From Ostrea edulis (lineage: Eukaryota), in contig NC_079167.1 in assembly GCF_947568905.1 (NCBI RefSeq), forward strand, positions 35,774,001-35,838,000: DNA of 64,000 nt, given 5' to 3'. Shown in pieces: positions 11,101 to 23,100 of the stretch (position 1 is its first letter; every line of letters starts with the position of its first letter). The notes beneath the pieces were generated by a model. It worked only from the letters and a program-made list of their open reading frames with translations, did no database searches and was not told the DNA's origin. A program made the translations under genes and the position numbers.

Positions 11101-14100
11101 CAACTGCCTTAAAAAAGATGTTTTTTTTATTAAAATGTTTGGTCCGGCCCTGGAGTCAGAGCCTCTATCCTTGGGATCATACTTTGTGCCAAGTATAGAC
11201 ATCTAATGACAAAAAATACAAATTTTTTTTACCAGTGACCTTGAGTTTGGCCTGATGACCTTGGTTCAGAATAATGACACGACATTTGGCCTTAATCAAC
11301 CTTTATGCTACATGAATGTATGGGCTTCAAACATCTCTCTATTGCAAACTCAAGGCCTAGTACTAGATATGGTGATTACTACATATCCTCCTAAACTTTG
11401 TTGGGGTGAACTGTACAGCAACTTTTAAGTTAAAACTAGAGTGTTCCAAGGAATACGAGTGTTGCTTGCTAAGGCACTAATCACTGCGGATAAATAGATT
11501 CTTTTATTTCTAAAGCAGGTGTTTCACAGGGCTCACAAACTACATACTACAGTAAAACTCTGATATAGCGAATTTCTGGGAACCCTCTATAAAACTTCGC
11601 TATAAGCGTAATTCGCTATACGTTTATAGCGAATTCATAATTCAAATATAACGAATTCGTTATATAACTGATTTGTTCTACATGTATATCAATTGTAGAA
11701 GAAAGCTGCAATCGATATACTTACGCTTGTATCGTCTTTAAATGAAGTGAAGCCTATATATTTTCAAGAAGAAATATTTTTACAGGGGATGCTTACTCCT
11801 CCTAGGCACCTGATCCCACCTCTGGTGTGTCCAGGGGTCCGTGTTTGCCCAACTATCTATTTTGTATTGCTTGTAGGAGTTATGAAATTGATCAGTGTTC
11901 GTTATCTTCACCTTGCATTTTTATACAAGAAATATACACATTGATTTATATATGATAATTTATCTTGATGGATTATTAAGTCATGCAAGAACATATTGAA
12001 AGACAAATGTCAACAAACTGTTGCGCAATACATACATGTATAGTCTATTGCAATTGTCATTTACTTGTTGCTTTACACAAATAAAGGAGTGTACAATAAA
12101 ATAAATGGAATCAAACTTCAAATTTAATTAACGAGAATTCTAAACAATACCGACAATATATTTCCTAAACGTATGTGTAAGTATTGTTTAGCGTTAACAA
12201 CCTTTTTGGAAAAAATACAAACAGAAATTTTGTAATAAGTGTGGATCCTTTATGTCAATGGAAAACGATTGTTAAAAATCACAAAGAGTTTAAAATGAAA
12301 AAAATAAATTCGTTATAAAAGGTGATTTTTACGTTCATTTTTAATTCAAGGGGAATAGGAATTTACTTCGTTATTTCCGTAACTTCGCTATATCCGTGTT
12401 CGTTATAGACGCAGATTTTTATATAGAATATATAAAGAATTTGCCGGGGAAATCGTTTTCACTTCGCTATAGCCGTAATTTCGCTATATCCGTGTTCGCT
12501 ATATTCGAGTTTTACTGTAGTGCATTATCACATGATTGCATAATTCTGAGTTTCCTAAATGACTGATATCCAACAAACTTAAAAAAAAAAAAAGAATGTT
12601 ATGTTCACCTCTACATGATGCCATCAAGATGAATTTTAAATTATCTGACCAAAATTTCATTAGGAATTTCCAAATTATTTCTTTTGTGTAAATTTACTTT
12701 TTCATCAGGTTCAAACTTTTCACATACATGTATAATAATATACATCCATTTATTCAGAAAAATGTGCTCATTTGAGTATTCAAATCTGATTCAGCGCACT
12801 TGCTAAGCAAACACACTATTCATTATGCCAACACAGAGTTCTTCTCTATTCATAGATAAATTATGTCACCAACAAATAAATGCATAACTGCTACAGAGAA
12901 AACTTGTCCAGATATTTGATTTAAAAGAAAAGAGATGAGTCATCAAATTTTTCATGGTTATGCTTCAGCAGAATAATAAACTAATCAATATCACATTTGA
13001 AATATCTGCATCACTCAACATTGAAAGTGCATTCGAAGTGATCACCCTTTGTTCCATTGAAACATAAATATTGATCTAGTTTTTGAAAAAATATGGACTG
13101 TCAGCAAAATAATAAGAATAGTACTGTGATTTTCATGTACTATGCTGAAATAGTAAGGATTTGACCCATGGTGCACTTGCCTCAAACCCTGACTACTATT
13201 TCAGCATAGTACATACAAATCATAACACTGTTATATAAATAGCAGATGAGGAGATTTAAAATTTCAAGATGTTCAATTTCTTTATGAAGACCTTACATTG
13301 AAAATTGAGAGAAGTGAAATGGACAAACCATGACCAACATCAATAACCTGACATTTTCTAAAAAATTGAAGAAATCAAAGTCCTTGCCACATGCGGTTTC
13401 AATACTCTACAAACGCTCTGTAAAATAAGGTCCTAATTTGAACGCAGGGGAAGGATTTAAACGGACATATCATGTACCCTTCATATACATGTAACATTAA
13501 ATTTCAAATAAAGTTGCAAACTCCTGCAAGAGGGGTCGAAACGCATCAAAATTGCAACATGATCTAAAGAAACCCACAAAGAAGTTTCACGGCAAGATAG
13601 CTTAATATTTGACAGAAAGAAGAAAATAGAAACGGAAAATCCTGAAGGGATGTACAGACATTGCTATATCATGATATATCCTATCTAAAGATGGGTGCAT
13701 AATAACTAAAGCCACAATTCACTCGAAGCAGGTGTTCTTGAAAGGCAACCAATTAAAAAAAACAACCTGTAATAGCAAATAAGGTTTACAAGTACATGTA
13801 TGTCATTATTAATTACTGTGACAGATTTTTGTAATCATTCCTTTACATATTGTTCTCTGCATTGAGAAGTACAGTATGAACAAGCGTAAAATCACATCCA
13901 GATCTGTTTGTATGCTGAATGCTACCCACCAGAAAGCCTCGTAGCTGTGCAGCATGGCTGGTGCCTCGGTCAGTATGTTGGTCACCCCTACAGCACAGAT
14001 CTTCTGCTCCACATCTCCCGAGATTTTCTGCATGTCCTGAAGATAGAGTCTTTCCAGCACCATTCCAAACATCCTATCCAATGAGATTGAATGATTGATT

Positions 14101-17100
14101 GTATCTTACTTAATGTCTCACTCGAGAATTTTTCACTCATATAGAGACGTCACCAAGACCGGTGAAGGGCTTCAAATTTAGGCCTATGCTCGGCGCTGAT
14201 GGCCATTGAGCAGTGAGGGTTCTTTAGTGTGCCACACCTACTGTGACACGGGTCATCCGTTTTTAAAGGGACTGGTTCACGTTTTTCAAAAGAAATATTT
14301 TTCATTTTTAATGTTAAAAATTAGCAAGAGGTACTGTGAGCAATGCTCACTAAGAATACCCCCCGCTTACCCCAATCTCCCAAAGGGTGTTGGTAATAGG
14401 TATAAACTACCTCTTTTCTGAGTGTAAAAAACAAATGGCATGACAAACCGAACCATATTGCTACTTCGATGTCCAGTGCACGTGACCTTTGACCTTTTGA
14501 CCCCAAAATCGATAGGGAACATCTTCATCCCATGGGTAGTCCATATGTATGATATGGTGACTGTAGGTGGAAAGGATAACGCTTTAGAGCACGGAAACCA
14601 TATTGCTACTTCGATGTCCAGTGCGCTTGACCTCTGACCTCAAAATCGATAGGGAACATCTTCATCCCATGGGTAGTCCACATGTATGATATGGTGACTG
14701 TAGGTGGAAAGGATAACGCTTTAGAGCCCGGAAACCATATTGCTACTTCGATGTTCAGTGCGCATGGCCTTTGACCTTTTGACCCCAAAATCAATAGGGA
14801 ACATCTTCATCCCATGGGTAGTCCATATGTATGATATGGTGACTGTAGGTGGAAAGGATAACGCTTTAGAGCCCGGAAACCATATTGCTACTTCGATGTC
14901 CAGTGCGTTTGACCTTTGACCCCAAAATTGATAGGGAACATCTTCATTCCATGGGTAGTCCATATATATGATATGATGACGGTAGGTGGAAAGGATAATG
15001 CTTTAGAGCCCAGAAACCATTACGTCTACAGATGGACGGACGGACAGACAGACGGACAACCCGATTCCAGTATACCCCCCCACAACTTGTTGCGGGGGGT
15101 ATAAAAATATAGCTCATTTAATGTTGACAACCAAAATTTGGACCGTCTGAATGCAAGCATAAGAGCAATACTTTAGCTTTGATTCTGTGTTATGTAAACA
15201 AAGACTCGAGTCTTTTTATGTAAACAAACAAACCTGTGAAACGTTAATTTTGTAATTCAAAACATCTTCATTTTGTACAATCACAAATTTTAACTTTTAA
15301 ATGACACATTTTACCTATAAAAGTATACTTGAAATGTGATATATATATAATAAACTTGGACCAATATCCATTTATTTTGAAAACATCGTAAACAATAACA
15401 CACCTTGATCTTTGTTTTCAAAACAAATAATATACTCTCTATAATGAGCCTCTGTCATGATGAATAACCTTAATTTTTTTGTGAAACCTTCTAAACATAT
15501 TAGACTATAGATTTTGATCATTTAAAGTAAAAAACAAAATTTGGGGGGAAATCGTGAATCAGTCCCTTTAAGGTCATATCCGAGGACCTGTGACATTCAC
15601 ATCTGATGCTGAGCGTTTGGCAATGGAAATCAGACTTTTTAATGAGATGGTTGATTACAATAGTTAAGGTAGTGATTGCATGGGTCATTGAAAATTAATG
15701 AATCTATGAATTTTTTTTATTTTTACATATTTTGTAGTTGACAGTATCTGTAACTCATTATGAAAGTATCATATATGGTTTTCACGGAAATTGTGACGCT
15801 ACGGTTGTCATAGTAACCCCTCTTGTTGACTTTCCGTAATAAATGGTACAGGTATTTGAGGTGATGTTTAAAACAGATACAAAAGGGATAAGGGATACAA
15901 ATTTTATATCAAATTGAAGTTAAAGCCTTAAATGATATATAATTTGTATTAATATGTCTATTTATTTTCATATGAAGCAGAAGCAGGGCTGCTTATGAGC
16001 AATTTCGCAATTTTTAGAAGGAAATTATTCACCAAGGCAGACATAATTTCACCCCCTGAGGAATAAATGACCAATTAATTTTTTTTATTTTTAGATATGT
16101 TTTAACATATGTTAGGAGGAATTTTTCCTGAAAGTATCAATATGGGTTTTCAGGTTTACTATGGCGCTATGATCGCTATAGTTACCCACTCCCCCTCCTT
16201 ACATAAATGCTGCAGGTGATAATTACAATAGATATGCATCTTACATGCATTTATTTCAACTCATATTAAAACTATGAAAATGTTTTGATGTTTATTATTG
16301 AATTTATTCTACATAGAATGATAGTACTGTTGCTTTGGAGATGTTTTTATTACTTTCTATTTGAAATTACTTGTATATTCATGCTCTGTAAGCGTATGTT
16401 AAAAACGCGGGAAATATAACACAGCCGATGTAAGCTGTGCATTGTGACGTCGTATTACCTGCAACGTTTTTTTTCCTCTCTTTTCAAACCAAGCGATTAT
16501 CAAAAACAACAAAACTTTCATTATTTTTTTAAATTATAAGAAATAACTGAACTAATTGAGAAAAACATAATAACAGCAAGTGTTGTTTTCGAAATTCACA
16601 CTTTTTGATTTCTTTTAACATCCACATTACATAGTAGATTTCCTCGATTCCCCGACTCGGAGGCTCTTAGCTGATGATCTCAAAGTGGAGGATGGGAATA
16701 TTTGTAGCAAAATATTTAAAAGGTTTTAAATCTATGTATAGTGTACTTAGGAAAGATATGATTAAAATTATTGATATTTTTTGCTCAAAATGACGCGTTT
16801 ACATAACCCGTGCGTGATTCCTTGGCCTAACAGTTTCCTATGGATATTACATCCAGCATTTTAGATTTATGTGCACAAACACCATATTCATGTTATGAAA
16901 TTTATAGCATTATATATCATAATTTTAATAGGCCTAGTGGTTTGTGAATTAAATTTACGTTTTGTAAGACTGAAAATTAACCGGGGAGCAGGGAGGGGGG
17001 GGGGTATATGAATCATGGAGACGTAAACTATGACTATTATTTATAAGATAGGCCTAATTCAATAATTAAAACACAAGGGATTTTTCATTTGTATTTTATT

Positions 17101-20100
17101 TTACTTGTATATTTCTAAACATATTTTCACTTTATCCTGTGTCTGGTTATATCTGACAAGTCTTTGTTTCGATTGTCTCTCATTATTACTGATGCTTAGC
17201 GTTTGACGTATTCCGGAATCGGAAACGAAAATAGTCTCTTTTTAGATAATACATGAATTAAACCACGTGATGCCATGCAATCACTACCTTAAATACACTG
17301 ATCATTAAGAATACATGTATATTAACATGCAACCTCATATGCTGAATGCAGAAAAAGGATCTTTTGACTAGTACCGTACCTTGGCTGAATTCCATCAATC
17401 AACTCTATCAACCTACTAGCTCCAATAATGGTAGCAAACAGTGAGAAGAACACCAGTAGACCTACAAACAAATGACAACACCTATATGAAATTACTGCAA
17501 TAAACTGCATTGTTCGGTTATAGCTCCACTTGTTTCTAAAGTAGTTCCATTTAACGCACACACACACCCTACATTAAATCCAAATCACCAAGTTTAATAT
17601 GATCATTGTATGAAATTTTACTACAAAATCTTGATAGTTGTTGAAGTTCAAACTTTGTGTGAAAATGACAGTTTGATCTGTAGAAGTTCACGGTTGTCTG
17701 TCGGTAAACCGGGTGTTTGATCTGTAGAAGGTCACGGTTGTCTGTCAGTAGAAATTCACGGTTGTCTGTCAGTAAAGTGGGTGTTTGATCAGTAGAAATT
17801 CACGCTTGTCTGTCAGTAAACTGGGTGTTTGATCAGTACCAGTTCACGGTTGTCTGTCAGTAGAAGTTCACGCTTGTCTGTCAGTAAACTGGGTGTTTGA
17901 TCAGTAGAAGTTCATGGTTGTCTGTCAGTAGAAGTTCATGGTTGTCTGTCAGTAAACTGGGTGTTTGATCTGTAGAAGGTTACGGTTATCTGTCAGTAAA
18001 CTGGGTGTTTGATCAGTAGAAGTTCACGCTTGTCTGTCAGTAAACTGGGTGTTTGATCAGTAGAAGTTCACGCTTGTCTGTCAGTAAAGTGGGTGTTTGA
18101 TCAGTAGAAGTTCACGCTTGTCTGTCAGTAGAAGTTCACGGTTGTCTGTCAGTAAAGTGGGTGTTTGATCAGTAGAAGTTCACGGTTGTCTGTCAGTAAA
18201 CTGGGTGTTTGATCAGTAGAAGTTCATGGTTGTCTGTCAGTAAACTGGGTGTTTGATCTGTAGAAGGTCATGGTTGTCTGTCAGTAGAAGTTCACAGTTG
18301 TCTGTCAGTAAACTGGGTGTTTGATCAGTAGAAGTTCACGGTTGTCTGTCAGTAAACTGGGTGTTTGATCAGTAGAAGTTCACGGTTGTCTGTCAGTAGA
18401 AGTTCACGGTTGTCTGTCAGTAAACTGGGTGCTTCAAAGTGAAAACCGAGTGTTATGTGTATACAGTTGATGAATTCCACGACTTAGTGAAAGTCTTACT
18501 TTTGATATACTTGGTTGTTTTAGAGATGGACAATCTCTGTATGTTATAACTTAGTCTTACTTTTGATATATTTGGTTGTTTTAGAGCTGGACAATCTCTG
18601 TATGTTGTAACTTAGTGTTATGTGTATACAGTAGATGAATTCCACGACTTAGTGAAAGTCTTACTTTTGATATATTTGGTTGTTTTGGAGCTGGACAATC
18701 TCTGGAACAAAAGGATAAAGATTTGCTTGTGGTACCCATCTATCATCTCTCTGAAACATACAGCAACAAAATTCAGAGATACACATAATATCATACTACA
18801 TATTAAACAACTAAGAGTGCGTTCGAAGTCGCCGTTACCGTTGTTCTCGTGCTCCGTTTTTCGAGTCGTGAACGACGAGAACATGGACATGAACATGTTC
18901 TTTGACCACACCACCTACAGAGGTGGTACGAGTTCTTGCACCTCGAACCCTTTCTCAGGTTGTGTACTTGGCATTCAGGATCGACAGGATATTTGTACTC
19001 GTGCGAAGAACGGCGGTCTCGAACACACTCTAAAAGTCTATTTAATTTATATAAAATCATACAAAGAACTAAAAGCCTATTCAATCCATGCTCAGTACCA
19101 TTGTATAACTTATTCTACTCTCATCATTTGAAATTCATTTTCATATATGGTTGGATTTCGACCCCAACAAAATTCTTTAACTTCAAAGAAAATATCATAC
19201 TGTGTTGGACATCCCCCCCCCCTCCCAATAAATTCTTTGCACCCTGGTTTAAACTTGCAGTGCAAGGCATTGAACCTTAATAGGGTGCAGGTTTGAAATC
19301 TGCTGTCTTCCTTCAAATCAGATAGTATAAAATCAAGACCCTAAGCCACAACAGGAATGGCAAGCAATTAAACCCTCTATCTGTGTGGGATAACTGTACA
19401 CGTGTACAGTAGACAAGCACCGGAAGTCAGTGCTGCTACAGTATCCGTGAAATGTCCTTGAAGTGAAGTAAAGCAATAACAACAACTTAAAAGTGTTCTA
19501 CACAAACCCACTATGCTTCCCCATATAAATAAATCGCATGCTGCTAGTCATGAGACCTATATGCATATTTGTTGAAGATACAAACAGAATTTTGAGCATT
19601 AATCACATCAAACACCAGCATTATTGGTACAGATAAATGGCACCATTTCCGATGCCAACCACTATAGATTTTCCCCATTATTGAAGCTTAAAAATACCCA
19701 GTAACAAACTACCCAGTCGGCTAGTAATTCACTTTGTATGCAAAGTTGTGCGAGCTAATTAATTTCTTCACTTCCTTTTAAATAAAAACTAAAGGTCAAT
19801 AAAATGACGCTCGTTTGCAAAATTGTAAACAGTGAATACGTAAGGGTTTATTCATTAAAATATAGTTTATTCAGTGTTCATTTTATAGCAAATGCCATTT
19901 TTTGACATGAAAGAAAGTTCCCAATTTGTTATACTTTGATGCTGTTTTCCCAATGGAATGGGTGTTGGTACCATTCCTATACAGTAGACAAAAAAAACCC
20001 CCAAAACATCGCTGAACACACAAATTGACTGAAAACACAAACCTCCAAGACAGAAGTTAATATCTACACATCAACATATCTGTAGAGATAAGACAGAAGT

Positions 20101-23100
20101 TAATATCTACACATCAATATATCTGTAGAGGTGAGACAGAAGTTAATATCTACACGTCAATATATCTGTAGAGGTAAGACAGAAATTTTAAATATCTACA
20201 CATCAATATATCTGTAGAGGTATAAGACAGAAGTTAATATCAACACATCAATATATCTGTAGAGGTAAGACAGAAATTAATATCTACATGTCAATATATC
20301 TGTAGAGGTGAGATTGGTACCTGGGCATATGCTCCAAAAGGGAGTTCAATAAATAAAATCCTTCATGATCATTGGTCTTGGAAGCTATCAATTTCTGGAA
20401 TATCCCCAACAATCCATTCTGAAAAAGAATCATAAAAAAGTATATCAAGGTAAGTGATGAAAGTATTATTGATAGATTAAAAACAATACTCCACGACTGC
20501 CTGTTTGCTTGAGATGGGGTACAAACATTTGTTCCCGACATTGATACAGTTACATGTACTTACAATTTTGTCCGTTTCTATTTGCTTGGCACCTTTTTCT
20601 ATGTATGCCTGTAGAAGTCGAACCAGTGGGGGGATATTCCCAGGCCTTTCCCACAAGGCAGGGGCCATTAAGTGGGGAAACAGGGCCATGTATGTGTCAG
20701 CCACTTTACCCTTAGGGTGGTTGTCAATCAAAAGAGACAGGATTTGAAAGACGTAAGGTAAGAACTCTGAAAAAATTATACATATGGACTTCAATGGTTT
20801 GATTGACTAAAAATTGAAATATCATCCTGGTGTAAATTGAGTCAGAACTTCAAGTAAACAAAGACTTTGATCCTTACAGATAACAATGAAGTTGAAAGAA
20901 TCTTTAGATGCAGCCATAGAGAACATTTTTAAAAATTAGTAACTCTATGGTAGTTTTTCACCCTCCTAAGGCCCCAGGATGCAGTAGTCCGAAATTTACA
21001 ATTTACCCCCCCCCCCCCCCCCCCCCCCCCCGTCCCAAAGATGCTCCATACCAAATTTGAAAAGAATTAAAACGGTAGTTTACCAAGAAGTTAGAAGTGT
21101 GCAATTGTTAACACACCACAAACAACAATGAACACCGACCAAAAAATTATGACTACATGGATCTTTAACTACTGATTGATTTTAATTTTTCAAGACCCCC
21201 CCCCCAAGCTTTTACCTTGTACATCTTGCTGTAGAATAAATGTGAATGGTTCAAACAGGACTTGTTCAAACTGGACAATTGCCTCTGGTCTGTATTTACA
21301 GGTTGTTCTGATCCCCACACACATGGACTCGAACAGGTAGTGATTAAAATGTGGCTTGCTGGGATTCTGAAAGGAATCAGAATTTTTTTTTCTAGTCCAG
21401 TCCACAAATGATTTCAAAATCATCACATAAAAGTTTGTTTTTATAGTTATCTGTGGAAAAAAATCTCTCCAAAATTTAATGAAAGTTTCCTCATAATTGG
21501 CAGTATTTATAACCTTTTCTTCCTGACCATACCTTGCTGACTTGACCAAGTTTTTCTGTGAGGAATTTCAGAAGTTGTCCCATCAGAGGTAACAAATGCT
21601 CTTGCAATGTGGACATGCTTCTCATTACAGCTGCAATACAATTTTGATCAGGTAAAATCAAGGACAGTGATAATCTCTCTGATTAAAATCATGATTAAAA
21701 TCAGATCCTATCATCCGCTCTACACTAGTGTAGCGATCTAGGCGAGCAATCTTTCCGATTCAATCTGATTAAAATCATGATTAAAATCAGAACCTATGAT
21801 CTGCTCTACATTAGTGTAGCGATTTAGGTGAGCGGATCATAGGATCCGATTTTAATCAGATTGTCTCTGATTCAAACTTAAAGAATATTAAATACAGTGA
21901 AAGCAGGACCTTTTGATTTTGTTTTGTTTTGTAAGCAGATAAAACAATGCTGGTACATCTATAATGAATAGTTAATCAAAACAAGGCCTGCTGGGTAATT
22001 AAAATTCAGAAATACCCTGTTTGATGTTACCTTTCATGATGTATTCGTTCTCTGATGACCCTGGATGGTTCATTGCCCCTATTAGACTGTTCATGAGATC
22101 ACCAACACAACCCTGAATTTGTTCATGTGTGACACTGAAAAATAAATTCTTAATCTGTATCCTATAGTATCACCTAAACATTGCATAACCAAACAAAACT
22201 TATTTACCAAATACTGCACCAGTACTATCATCTGAGAATTCAAATTACATGTAACAGGGATGTGACTGAATTCCTCAGAAATCAGAAGAAAATGGGTCAA
22301 AAAGGGAGGAAAACACCTCACCCTTCTTGGAAAAATATAATTTTCTGTCACTTTTGATCAAATCCAAAGAGTTTCAGTTTTTTCGAAAATTGAGCAAATC
22401 AGAGGATTTCCTCTGAAAAGAGGAAAAATCACCGCCATGAATTGTAAGTGCAATTCTAGCTGACGTACCATTTGGTCCAATCACAGATCAGAATTATTAT
22501 TATCATGATGTGTCAATACTATAATATTTACTACTTATATTTTGGCATTAATCCGAAGTTAATGCACTCATAATTGTGCACAAAATACTTATATAAATAT
22601 CATTAGCACACATGCTAGTGCACATAATGGTGGTGCACATTTGAAATTCACAAGAAACGAAGGCACATAAGAACAAACACAATCAAAACTTCATGCATTT
22701 CTCTCCGACTTCACTTACATCGGACCACTGCCATCTGGCTTTCTAACCATGAAGATTCTCTCTACGGTGTGGGCGGCATAAGAATGGACAACGATACTGG
22801 GGACCTTCAGGAGCTGAACCAGATTAGGGACACTGGCTACCAAGGCATCAGCAGGCAGCTGGTCAAAAGATTCAAATAGAGGTCATTTCTGGTGACTAGG
22901 GATACATTTTGATATTTTCCCTCACATTAATCAATTCAAAGCTGGACTTCAAAGTGCTTGCAATATAGCTTGCTTCAATTTCAGAGTTTGCACTTTTTCC
23001 TGCTCCAGACAAGTTTGACAGTTCACTGCTCCAAAGGTATGAATACATGTACATGCAACAGTAATAATTAAAAGAGTCTTATATCTTGCAGCTGATAAAT

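Larger units (their letters stand above)
14085..15630 (-). mobile_element. tRNA-type SINE fragment split by a later insertion (pieces about 14085-14266 and 15568-15630)
   Basis: The left piece resembles the SINE-like copy at 46613. Removing 14267-15571 rejoins gacacgggtcatccgtttttaaggtcatatccgaggacctgtgacattcac. The SINE family assignment is from recall. Confidence 0.6.

Noticed and set aside
17671-18431. Regular repeat arrays (also 28219-28924 and 45531-46500) as CRISPR
   Set aside because: Units are directly adjacent with no unique spacers, there are no cas genes, and the context is eukaryotic introns. These are minisatellites.
18803-19084. Cys-rich zinc-finger-like ORF, and overlapping ORFs 18622-19131 and 18936-19280
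   Set aside because: They coincide with a 216-bp TIR/TSD-bounded GC-rich MITE, where long frames arise by composition.
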